64,000 nt of DNA. Origin: Eledone cirrhosa (Eukaryota). Position numbers and translations under genes: made by a program. Positions 14,030 through 25,704 of the stretch are shown piece after piece. Every line of letters begins with the position of its first letter. Positions within the stretch are counted from its first letter, which is position 1. Where the stretch lies: the NCBI GenBank assembly GCA_964016885.1, contig OZ024740.1, positions 184,326,001-184,390,000 on the forward strand. Direction: 5' to 3'. Below the pieces are notes generated by a model. The model made no database searches, was not told the origin of the DNA, and worked only from the letters and a program-made list of their open reading frames with translations.

Positions 14030-16077
14030 GACCACTTACCTTACTTCTCGTAGAGGAAGGACGGTTTTTCCATCCTTTTCACTGCTTGTGGCCTCCTCAG
14101 GAAGGATGTCCTTATAAATCCTCCTGGAGAGTGCTTGTCAGAAATATCCGATGTCTTTGGGGAATTTTTGTTTTAGTGTCATGTACGTTTTCTGTGTGAT
14201 GCGAGTGATTTGTATGTGTGGAGGTGGTGTGAATTTTTGGGTTGTTGTGTAGTCTTTTTCTGTGATGCTGGTGTTGTGTTGCATGTAGTGTAATAATTGG
14301 TTGTTGTTCAAATTTAATTGTTTCTACTTTTTGGCACAAGGCCAGTAATTACCCAGTGCATTACTGGTACTTTATTTTATCGACCCCGTAAGGATGAAAG
14401 GCAAAGTCAACCTCGGCGGGATTTGAACTCAGATCGTAAAGGGACGTAACTATGCTGGAAAGCATGGCGTCCGACCCTCTACTGATGCTGCCAATCCACC
14501 ACCGTTCAAATTTAATGCTGTGTAGTGTGTATCGTTTTGGTTGTTTTGTTTTGTTTGCGTTTGTTGTGGGTTTGTTTCTGTTTCGCATTTTGGTGACTTT
14601 TGTGGTGTAGGTGATGGTGGTGTTGGGGTTAATGTTGGTGATGGTGTTGGTGTTTGGGGTGATGGGGTTGGTGATGCTGGTGTGGATGGTGGTATATCTG
14701 TCCTAACTTTTTTTGTTTGTTAATTTATTTGTTTCCCTCTGTATTTTGTTTTTGGAGGGGGAAGGAAGAGAATTTTTTCTTTTTTGGTTTCTTTTTTGTT
14801 TTCCTGATACCGTTTCCCACTCCTCGTCGTCACAATTTGTCTCCAGTTGTGATAGGCCGGGGAGTGGAAAATCCTCCACAGTCGTTAGTTTTGGTTGTGG
14901 CGTGGTGGATGGTGTAGGCGCTGGTGCTAGTTCTGAAGCGTTGGGTGGTGGTGGTGTTGGTTTTGCTGGTGGTGGTGGTGTTGGTTTTGCTACTGTTGAT
15001 GGGTTTGTTGCTGTTATAGTTGCTTCAGTTGTTGCTACTACAGTTGTTGCTGCCATCTCTGCTACTGGTTGTGTTGATGGTTGAGTCACTGGGGTGGGTA
15101 GGAGAGGTGGCCTCAACATTTTAGCCTGAGGGCAGAAAGCCCTTAGGTGGGTTCCTTCACCACAAACGACACACCTAAGCCTTCTGCCCTCGATAATTAC
15201 GGTGAGGTGGCTGCCGTCAGTGAGGACTATTACCTCTGGGATCTCCTCAATGCTTTTTTGGTCCGCTTGGATCAGGAGCTCCATCCCAGATCCGGACCAG
15301 TTCTCCTGCTTTTCTTTTGCTATTGCTATTATCTTTGTGTTGGCTTCGATGCCGGCGAGGACGGCCGCTATTAGCCAGGGAATTTAGATGGCCGGTGGAA
15401 CGTGGGTCACCCTGATCTTTACGAGTCTCTGGCCACAATAGCTTGGGACGAGTGTGAAGTCGTCACTTCTTAATGGGGCCATGGAGTGTTCTCTAGCCTC
15501 CTCTGGTGTTTCAAAGAACATGTCCACGGGTCCATACTTCTGTCCACGTCTGATGTGGGTTTTTCTTGCCCACACATTTCCCAAAGCTTTTTGGATTTGG
15601 GACTCGGACTCGATGCGATTTTACATTAATTATTCGATACGACACGGTGCATAGGCGCCGATGCTCCATTTTATTAGGGGGGGGGGTGAGGCTGACCCTG
15701 TACCCATCTTTCTTTACCATTTTTTTGGCATTTTTTAATTCCTCCTGAGTTACCGTAAATGCTTCGCACTGGTTTGCTACTCTGGCAAAACTCAGGGTGG
15801 TTTTTTTAATGTCATTGTTCCTGTTGTTGTTATCGTTATTTTTGTTATTATTAATTTTAGTTTCAGTTGTGGTGGTGGTGACGTCAGTGGTGTTCGGTGT
15901 GGATGAGTCCATTTTGGTTGAAAACATTTCGACATCACGAGTTGATTTGTTTTTTCCTTTTGTTTCTGTTGTCGCGGTGGTGGTGGGGGTGGTGGTTGTC
16001 GCGGTGGTGGTGGTGGTGGCGGCTTTAACACCTGCAGTCATTGGTAATGGCGGGAAATTAATGTCTGCCTGAGACAA
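14030..16077 (-). pseudogene. Tx1-like ORF1 (gag-like, zinc knuckle), disrupted
   Basis: IEGRRLRCVVCGEGTHLRAFCP (CX2CX4HX4C); Thr/Pro-rich low-complexity flanks; stops and frameshifts. Confidence 0.8.
14319..14503 (-). mobile_element. Full-length tRNA-derived SINE with 13-bp target-site duplication
   Basis: TSD GTTCAAATTTAAT at 14306-14318 and 14504-14516; nearly identical to the copy at 62345-62520. Confidence 0.85.
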
Positions 16078-16421
16078 ATTTAAAATATTGCTACTGCTTA
16101 TATTTTTTTTGTGTTGGCAAACGTAGTAACATTTACAATGGTGGTGTCAGTGTGAGGTGTTAATTTGTGAGGAAGGCTCTTAGCTGCTTGGTGCAGAGGT
16201 GAATTAGCCATTTTTTTTTTAAAGAAATTTTTTGATAATCATAAATGTTTAAATTTTGGGCACAAGGACCCAATCTTTTTGGGTGTCCTTTTCGGAAAAC
16301 AATGTATGTGCGCTTATATATAGTTAACAATAAAAATTTTCCATAAAAGGCAATTTTTAACAAACGGAAATAACAAACATTTGCGGAGCTCACGATGATA
16401 CGATTTACTACGTAGGTCGCC

Positions 16422-16453
<32 letters not shown>

Positions 16454-16739
16454 TTTCTTTATTGGCCACAAGGGCTGACATAAAAAAAAACATCACAGAC
16501 GGAACAGAACGGTACGATGTGGGTTTTGTGCGTGCAAATATTTTTATTATTTATATAAGAAAAGAAAAAATACATAAAACATATATATATATAAACAATA
16601 AAATGAAAATTGAAACAATGAAAAATTTCCCAATAGGGGGGAACCTCCGAGGGTTACTCGTGGCGAAAACCACACAAAAGACCACGGCCACCCTGACTAC
16701 CGGGGCAAGCGCCCTCTCTCAATTTTTCCATCTCTCAAA

Positions 16740-19700
16740 CTACAGACGTATATTCAGAGTGGTCCCGTTCACTCGGACCATTCTCGCTACATTCACCCAC
16801 CTTTCAACAAACTTGCTAGAAAGCAGCACTTGCCTCTCCACCCTAATTTTCCTCTTAAAGTGAAACTTGAAAAAGTTAATCAGGGATTCGCCGAAGAGGA
16901 AAGTGTTTGTATTTAATCCTTTTAACCTTGTCCACCACACAATCTCTTTCGCCATGGCCACCAGCTAGATGAAAACCGCCTTCCCTTCCTCCTCAAAGGA
17001 AGACGGCGAGACCATCTGCACAATGGACTCAGTCGACAACCGCATCAGTCCTACACGTGACAGCAACTGTTCGACATAGCTCCACAAGTCAGCAATGCTC
17101 GGGTACTGAACGAGTGCGTGCACAACGGTTTCGTCGCTATGCGCGCATCTCGGACAGGCTTGGCTGACGGCACTTCCGTGCCTGTAGAGCTTATCTCGAA
17201 CCGGCAGCGTTCCCCGGTAGCACTGCCAGGCCAGAGATTTTTGGAAGTTCTCCATAGGCTCCGGGCTGACAGTTCTCCGGAAGAGAGCAAGCAGCTGATC
17301 TTCTTCGACGCCCAGGATCTCTCCGAGAACGTCGTCGCTCTTCCCCTCCACTAGTCCTCTATAGAACGCCGAGGTGGATGTTCCACCGATACTGGTGCCC
17401 AACTAGGAGAGGGCAGTGAGCGCCTGGAGACATTCCAGTTTCCAAGCGCTATCCCTCGGTCTTTTTCTGACCCAGGACTGCAGCTCCGTCAAGGAGACGA
17501 GCTGTGGGAAAATGTGCCTGGCGAACGGCGACCACACCCGTTCACCATCAAGGAAGCACCAGAGATGTCGCAGCCTCAGCGCATGTTTGCGCATCATCAG
17601 CCATGGCATGCCCAGTCCTCCACACAACGGGTGTTGACAGCAGATGGATCGTCTGACCATGGGAGCACATCCCTTCCACAAAAAGCGGAAGAGGAGGCGC
17701 TCCATTTTGGTGAGAGTTGGGCTGGAGCAGGGAAGACGGTGAAGCGGTAGCAGATGACGGATGCGATGTACGCATTCGCCACTTCCGCCCGGCCTTTCAG
17801 GGACAGCTTCCTCTCAGCCCATTTCTGGGTGAGGGAGGCCACCCTGCTCGTCACCTCGTTCCAGTTTTTCTCCAACTGGAGGTCCGGTCTGAAACAAACA
17901 CCGAGCAATTTAACCGGTCCGTCCGTCCAACGCCCCACGACGCATGGACTTGCCTCTGAAGGTGCCTAGCTGCAAGCCCACCGACTTTTCCTGGTTTATA
18001 TTTGCTCCTGTCACCGTTTCGTATTCCTTGAGAGCGGTGCCGAGCATCTGGACGTGTCTGGTGCTCGACACCACCACGGTGACTTCGTCAGCGTAAGCCG
18101 AGTCGGATTTCCCGCATCCTAGTTCGCGTGGGACGCCCCTCATTTCCCCCAGTTTGTGCAGTAACGGCTCGAGAGCCAATACGTACAAGAGGGACGAGAG
18201 GGTACAACACTGGCGGACTGAGAGCATGATGCTGAACGGCTGCGACAGCTGACCGTTCACCCTCACAACTAAGCAGATATCGATGTACATTGCTGCGATC
18301 CAATGCCTGAAAACGGGCCCGTAACCGGCTGCCTCGAGGACCGCCGCCAGGTACCGATGGTCGACCCTATCGAATGCTTTGGATTGATCCAAGTTGATCA
18401 GGGCCCCACCCTTGCCAGGTTCCTTAACCACCCTCTCTATGATGTATCGCATGACGTGGAGGTTGTCGTGTATGGATCTGTCCGAGATGGCGCATGTCTG
18501 CGCCTCTCCCACCAGACCCTTGACGACAAGCGCCAACCACGTTGCTAACACCTTGGCCGAAATCTTGAACTCTGGGTTTAGCAGAGTTTTGGGCCTGAAA
18601 TTATCAATAACATCCCCCTTGTTCCGGTCTTTTCTCAGCAGCGCCACTCCTCCCCGGTTCACAAAACTGGGAATGCTCCCGTTCTGCTGCCAGTTGCAGT
18701 AGACGTCTGCCAAGAGGTCACCGAACAAGTCTGGCATAAATGCATAAAGCTCGTAGGGCAGACCATCTAAACCTGGCGATTTACCTATTGTGCAGTTAGC
18801 CATCGCTTCCCGTATTTCACCGGCTGTTATTAGCTTTTCCCAAGACTGTGCTGCGGTCGTCGAGAGCCGAGGCAGTCCGTCGAGGTATGCACTGAAGTCC
18901 ATGTCCCGATCCGGGCCGCCGCCGCTCCCGAACAGTTCAGCAAAGTGCTGCTGAAAAGCTTCACACATCCGCTCCGGTTCGAGCATCACGCACCCGTTTT
19001 GGTCAGACAAAGACCGAATTGTGGCTTTATTGCCACGTGGCGCCTCTGCCACCTGGGCCCATTGGACGGTTTTTGTCCCCTCGTGTTTCAGAGCACGCGC
19101 TCTAGCTCTGACAACGCAGCCTTCGTGTTTTGCGTTGAAGAATTGGTCGAGTGCCAATCTCGCCGCAAGCACGTCGGTTGCGATGCCTGTCCTAAACGCC
19201 TCTTCTAGCTTTCTGACTAGCTCTACCTCTACTCTATTTTCCACCATCACTACTCCTTTGGTAAATCTAATCGACTCTACTTTAATTGCCCTTTTCAGGG
19301 CGAACCACCAACTGTTGTTGACGACCGCTCCCGTCAACGCCCGCTTAGCTAATACGCTAATCCGGTCTCTGTAGGCCTTGCGCGCCGGGAAAGACGCGTT
19401 CAGCTTCCAGTAACCAGGCCCTTGTCTATGAAGTCTATCTATGTCGATCTGACAGATCACAAATTTGTGGTCTGTGTAGTCGACTATTTTAAATTGTGGA
19501 CAACTTATACTAGTCTTATCTAGTTCCCTGCAGAATACCCTATCTAGATACGATCTTGATGACCCGATGCGGTTTGTCCATGTCCACATTGGCACATTCG
19601 TGTGATCCAGTCGATACCTGTCAGACAGTTCAAAACGTTTGAGCAGGTTGGTGAGGCTCTTGCACTCTCCTCCCCTATCCACTAGCCGCACACTATCCCA

Positions 19701-20148
19701 GCGTGCATTCAAGATACCATTCCAGTCGCCCACTAATACTAAAGAGCGGGACGTTCCAAGAAAGGTCTCTAGACGTCTGAAGAAATCTGGCCGTCCTGCC
19801 CCTGTTGGGGCGTAGACGGCTACTAGCCTGAAAGCATTGCCTTCGCTGCCGGTCACGTCCAGCACCACCGACTTAACTTCTGGGTCCAGGAAGATGGCCC
19901 GTATCGCGAGATCCAAGCCTCTCCGAAAAAGGACGGCAAACCCTCCCCCCCGATCCTGGACGGCTGGGAGATGCGTATACATCGTAGCCGCCGAAGATCA
20001 GTGCGAAGGCCCGTATCTCAGAGATTCTCGTTTCACTGATGGCCACCACATCTATGTTTAGTGACCTGAGGTCATTGAGCAGGTGACCCTGCTTCCAAGA
20101 TGACCTCAAGCCACGTGCATTTATACTTCCTATTCTGAGTACAGCCAT
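16740..20148 (-). pseudogene. Tx1-like ORF2 of element B, frameshifted
   Basis: APE motifs, KSPGLDGLPYELY, LDQSKAFDRVDH; catalytic motif reads YADE instead of YADD; CPRC..ETVVHALVQ. Confidence 0.9.
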
Positions 20149-20180
20149 GTTGGATGAGAAATGGGACAAATGAGAAAGGA

Positions 20181-22264
20181 TCACTTACCTTGTTCGTGTG
20201 ATGAAGGGACAGTAGAACCGTCCCTTTCGCTGGTCATGGGTGTTTCCAAGAGGATGTCAGTGTATATCCTCTTGGTAACCGTCCCTCTGAAATCTCCAAA
20301 TGCCTTGGGGAATTTTTGTTTTAAAGGTGTGTATTGTTCTAATGAGATTTCGATGATGCTTAGGTTTGTCGGGAGAGTTCTTGGTGTTGGTGGGGTGTAG
20401 TAATTTTTTTCCGTGATGTCTGTGTGCTGCTTTATATATTTTATGAGTTCTTTTTTTGCTATGTTTATGGCTGTGTACTTTTGGGGGGGAGGGGGGATTT
20501 TGTTGCCGTTTTCTTCTTGTTGCTGTTTGGTGTGTGTGTCTTGTTGTGTTTGCATTGTTGGTGTTTGTGGTGGAATTGCTGCAAGTTTCCTTGCTGCCTT
20601 TACCCCTCTTTGTATGCCTTCGCTTTTGGAGGGTGAATCTAAGTTGTTTTTTGTTTTTTGTTTTTTGTTTTTTGTGGCAGACTGTATGCCACGTCACTCC
20701 CGCCTCAAACTCCATGTCGGATTCTGTGGTGTCTGGGAGGGGTATGTGCTCCACGGCTGTTGGTGGTGGTAGTGGAGCCCTCTTCGGCAATGTTGTTGCT
20801 GGTGTAGCTATTTCAAATGTAGCTATTGGTGTTGCCGCTACTGATGATGTTGCTTTAGTTATCCGTGGCCTTGGTACGGGTGCTACGGACGTTGCCCTCC
20901 TACTTACCGTGGAAGGGGCTTCTTCGTTTGTTGCCTGTCCTGCTCTTGGTAGCAGCGGACTAGGTATTGGAAGGAGAGGGGCCCTCTTCGGTGTCTTCTG
21001 CGGGCAAAAGGCCCTGAGGTGACCTTTCGACCTACAGAGATAACATTTTGTCCGTCTTCCTTCTACACTTATAGGGAGTTGGAGTCCTTTCTCAAAGTCT
21101 ATGTTATCGGGGATAGCCTCGATCCATTTCTGCTCAGTTTGTATAAGCATTTGCATGCCTATACCTGACCAGTTCTCTCTCCCTATTTGTTCTACTTGCA
21201 ACATGGTCGCCCTGTTCTCAATTCCAGCAAGGACAAACGCGGCCAGCCAAGGTATGGGCACGTCGGGTGGGACCTGGGTCACTTTGACCCTCACAATTTT
21301 CTACCCGCAGTAGGAGGGCACCAAGACTAATTCCTTACTCTTTAGGGTTTCCAAAGAGTAAGACTTTGCTTCCTGGGGGGTGGCGAAAAGTACGTCTACT
21401 GTGGCGTACTTTCTGCCTCGGGTGATGTGGGTTTTGCGTGCCCAGACGCACCCCAAGGCCTTTTGGATTTGAGCCTCCGTGGCTCTCTCCACTCGATGTG
21501 CGGTAAGTCACCGTTCGTAGCTGCTGGTCCTTGAAAAAATCGGGTGGCGGTGTCAGGGAAACTCTATTTGCGCTTCTTGTCACCATGGCCCTTGCGACTG
21601 CCATCTCCCCCTCTGTGACTAACACTGTCTCGATATTTCGGGGGACACCTGCAAAAGAAGTGGTCCCTTTTTCAGCAGCACCACTATTGTTACCGCTACT
21701 GGTCATCCTGGTGGTGCTGAGGTCGCTATTACAGGTATCGGTGTCATTGTTGTTGTTTTCGCTGGTACAGTTGTTGGTGTTGTTTTCGTTGATACTGTTG
21801 CTGCTGTTACTGTTATTGTGGCTGTTATTATTATTGTTGTTTTTGTTGATACTGTTCCTACTATTATTGTTGTTGTGGCTGTTGTTATTGTCATTGTTAT
21901 TGTCGTTCTCGACCTTACCGCTGTTATTTTTGTTGTTGTCGTTCTCGACCTTACCGCTGTTATTTTTGTTATTGTCGTTCTCGACCTTACCGCTGTTATT
22001 TTTGTTATTGTCGTTCTCGACTTTACCGCTGTTATTTTTGGTGTTGTTGGTGATGTTGTTGGTGTTATTGCTGGTGTTGTTTGTGTTAGAAATATTTGTT
22101 GATTTTAAATCTGTAACAATCTTTTTTTCCTTTGTAATATTTTCGTTTATATTTACCTCCGCTGGAACGCTGTCTTGTTGATATGCTGATAAAGTCTCCC
22201 TCTCTCTGTGTTGTCTGACAGCGCTCTCTCTCTTGTTTGTGTTATCCATGTTGAAATTTTTCAA
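20181..22264 (-). pseudogene. Tx1-like ORF1 of element B
   Basis: Homologous to the ORF1 of A (WARKTHI, LVPSYCG, EGRR..C..C....HLRAFC); Asn-rich N-terminus with a 39-bp tandem repeat (about 21900-22040). Confidence 0.8.
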
Positions 22265-22493
22265 AAAATGTTTTTACACAAATACGAATACGACACCCCG
22301 TAAAGAGGTGCCGTATTATTTACTAGTGAACCCCTGTATTAGGTGGATCACTTCTTCTAAACTTTTATCAAATTTAAAACTTGAATAAAAGGTTTAGAAC
22401 GGTTGAAAAAGAGGTAAAACGTTGAAAAAGACTGGAGGCGATATGAAGCGTGGCTTCACCAACCAATAATAATAATAATAATAATAATAATTA

Positions 22494-24040
22494 TCCAGTT
22501 GCGATAAGCCGGAGAGTAGAAAATCCTCCACAGGCGTTGGTTTTGGTTGTGGCGTGGTGGATGATGTAGGCGCTGGTGCTAATTCTGGCGCGTTGGGTGT
22601 TGGAGGTGTTGGTTTTGCTAATGTTGCTGGGGTTGTTGCTGTTACAGTTGCTTCTGTTGTTGCTGCTACAGTTGTTGCTGCCATTTCTGCTGCGGGTGGT
22701 GTTGATGGTTGAGTCACTGGAGTGGGTAAGAGAGGTGGCCTCAACATTTTAGCCTGAGAGCAGAAAGCCCTTAGGTGGGTTCCTTCACCACAAACGACAC
22801 ACCTAGGTCTTCTGTCCTCGACGATTACGGTGAGGTGGCTGCCGTCAGTGAGGTCTATTACCTCTGGGATCTATTCAATGCTTTTATGGTCCGCTTGGAT
22901 CAGGAGCTCCATCCCAGATCCGGACCAGTTCTCCTGCTTTTCTTTTGCTATTTCTATTATTTTGGTGTTGGCCTCGATGCCGGCGAGGACGCCAGCCATT
23001 AGCCAGGGAATTTCGATGGCCGGTGGAACGTGGGTCACCCTGATCTTCACAAGTCTCTGGCCACAATATCTTGGGACGAGTGTCAAGTCGTCACTTCTTA
23101 ATGGGGCCATGGAGTGTTCTCTGGTCCCCTGTGGTGTTTAAAAGAACACGTCCACGGTTCCAGACTTCTGCCCACGTCTGATTTGGGGTTTTTTTGCCCA
23201 CACATGTCCCAAAGCTTTTTGGATTTGGGACTCGGATGCCTGTTCCACTCGGCGCGATTTTATGTTAATTGTCGGATAAGACACGGTGCATAGGCGACGT
23301 TGTTCCATTTTATTAGGTGTGGGGGGAGGCAGACCCTGTACCTAATTTTATTTACCATTCATTTGGCTTCTTTTAATTACTCCTGAGTTACCTGGATCGC
23401 TTCGCAAGTTTTTGCTACTCTGGCAAGACTCAGGGTAGTTTTCTTAATTTCATTGTTGCTGTTGTGGTTATCGTTATTTTTGCTATTGTTAATTTTAGTT
23501 TCAGTTGTGGTGGTAGTGGCGTCAGTGGTGTTCGGTGTGGAAGAATTCATTTTGGTTGAATTTATTTCGATATCACGAGTTAATTTTTTTGTTCTGTTGT
23601 CGTTGTGGTGGTGGGGGTGGTGGTTGTCGCGGTGGTGGTGGTGGTGGTGACGGCTTTAACACCTACAGTCATTGGTAATGGCGGGAAATGAACGTCTGCC
23701 TGAGACAAATTAAAAATATTGGTACTGCTTACATTTCCAGTGTTGGCAAACGTAGCAATATTTACAATGGTGGTGTCGGTGTGAGGTGTTAGAGTGTGAG
23801 GAAGGAGTGACTCTGAGACATCCATGATTTTTCAAAGAAAAATGTTTTTTTGATAATTATAAAAAGTTTAAATTTTGGGCTCAAGGCCCCAATATTTTTG
23901 AGTGTCCTTTTCAGAAATCAATGTATGTGCACTTATATACAGTTAACAATAAAAATGTTCCATAATTGGCAATTTTAAACAACTGAAAATAACAAACCTT
24001 TGCGGAGCTCACGATGATATGATTTACTACGTAGGTCGCC
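22494..24040 (-). mobile_element. 5' portion only of a second copy of Tx1-like family A (element C)
   Basis: Same 5' end GGCGACCTACGTAGTAAATC as 16421; collinear with 14842-16421; ends abruptly at (TAA)n 22465-22492. Confidence 0.85.
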
Positions 24041-24054
24041 AATAATAATAATAA

Positions 24055-24134
<80 letters not shown>
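24041..24134. repeat. (TAA)n microsatellite
   Basis: Direct reading. Other (TAA)n tracts at 10175-10211, 16422-16450, 22465-22492, 24743-24787 and 29234-29330. Confidence 0.95.
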
Positions 24135-24135
<1 letters not shown>

Positions 24136-24149
24136 ATACATACATAGGA

Positions 24150-24741
24150 TAATGTGTAAGCATTTTGACCTGCCCCATCAAAAGAATTGGTGGGAGCATC
24201 AACCACCTCCCATACTCTAAAAAGATCACATCTCAATCTTGTGGAACTTTAGCATCCAAACAGACCAAAAAATAGATGCAAACAGACCTGATATAATATT
24301 GAAAGACTTTCAAAAGAGGGTATGCCTGCTAATTGATATGTCTGTTCCAATAGACAAGAATGTATCTATAAAAACATTTGAAAAATTGAGCAAGTATAAG
24401 GACCTGGAGATAGAAATTGGAAAAATGTGGAAATTGAGAACTAAAACAATACCAGTGGTTGTAGGCGCTCTGGGAATGATACCTAAGGGGTATAATGATT
24501 ACTTATCGCAAATCCCAGGAAACCCGCGTATAGGAGAAATACAAAAGATAGTACTAATGGGAACTGCCCATATACAAAGGAAGATTCTCTCAATATAAGT
24601 ACATCACAAGTCTAAACACTAAAGATGCATGTGTGAATATGTATGTTCTTTCTTGAACATGGCGGACCTTGTTGTCTCTTGAGGTCACTGGTTGTGACTT
24701 GGTGATAACTCGTATGAACATAAAGCAAGATAAATGCAACT

Positions 24742-24743
<2 letters not shown>
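24150..24743 (+). mobile_element. 5'-truncated R4/Dong-like LINE (restriction-like endonuclease C-terminus)
   Basis: WNFSIQTD..NRPDIIL..LIDMSVP..KLSKYKDL..PVVVGALG..QKIVLMGTA (PD-(D/E)xK RLE); ends in (TAA)n. Confidence 0.85.
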
Positions 24744-24790
<47 letters not shown>

Positions 24791-25704
24791 TAAGGGAGGA
24801 AAACGCACATGGTGGATATATATCGTTATGGTATCGCTCCCGTAAGTTTTTGATTTTTACTTCTTTAAAACAACTGTGATAGAATAATTCTTATTACAAA
24901 TAAACAATAAGATTACAGTGTTCACGTTCAGCAACCATAACGCATCACTTTACGGTATAGGGCCCCATTATTTAATATTTAATTTTGGATCAGAAATGTT
25001 ATAGTCGAAAAGGAGGAAAATGGCAAAATGGCTAAATAGCTAAATAGCTAAATGGCTAAGTGGACAGACAGAAAAATAATTTCACCACCAACACCACCAC
25101 CACTACCACGCTAAAAACTCTAGTCAAGTTACCTCAACTTCTATTTCTACTTCAACTTCAACACCATCACTACAGTACTACGATCACATCACCACCACCA
25201 CTGCCTCATTATCGCTACCGCCGCTATTCTCTCCCACTACCTCCTGCTAAGTACTACTAGCACAGCACCACCACCACCACCAGCACTGCCTCATTATCAC
25301 TACCGCCGCTATTCTCTCCCACTACCTCCTACTAAGATATGCATCGTAGTGTCCCCACTAAAAGAGGAAGGCATCAAAAGATATAAATAGACTGATTTGA
25401 TGACCCGGTCAAAAATTTCAAAAAAACAAAAATCAAAATCAAAGCAGCACAGGAACAACGAAAAACGTAAAGAAAAGAAAAATGAAAAGAAAAACAGACA
25501 GACAGACCTAGAAGGGAAGGGAAAAACTAAGTCAGACATTCAAACATTACATTACAATGAAACTTATGCTTATTCTTTTTTTTTTTTTTACCTATTTGTT
25601 TATTTGTTTATTTATGTTCGTCTACAGCGTGATAGTGCCACTCAAAAAATACCGGGAGTGATGAAATCGCCGGAGGTGATGAAATCACCGGTGGTTATGT
25701 AACC

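Larger units (their letters stand above)
10212..16421 (-). mobile_element. L1/Tx1-like non-LTR retrotransposon A (full span, disrupted)
   Basis: Flanked by (TAA)n on both sides. ORF1 has a CCHC knuckle; ORF2 has APE, RT and a C-terminal Cys motif. Frameshifts, a SINE insertion and an internal duplication are present. Confidence 0.9.
16451..22464 (-). mobile_element. L1/Tx1-like non-LTR retrotransposon B (full span, different 5' UTR and ORF1)
   Basis: Flanked by (TAA)n. ORF1 about 22264-20181 with KCYLCRSKGHLRAFC; ORF2 about 20148-16740, including a 690-aa APE-RT open stretch (17910-19982). Confidence 0.9.

Noticed and set aside
12115-22181. Plus-strand ORFs overlapping the Tx1 elements
   Set aside because: Antisense shadows of GC-rich or low-complexity coding sequence with no recognisable motifs.
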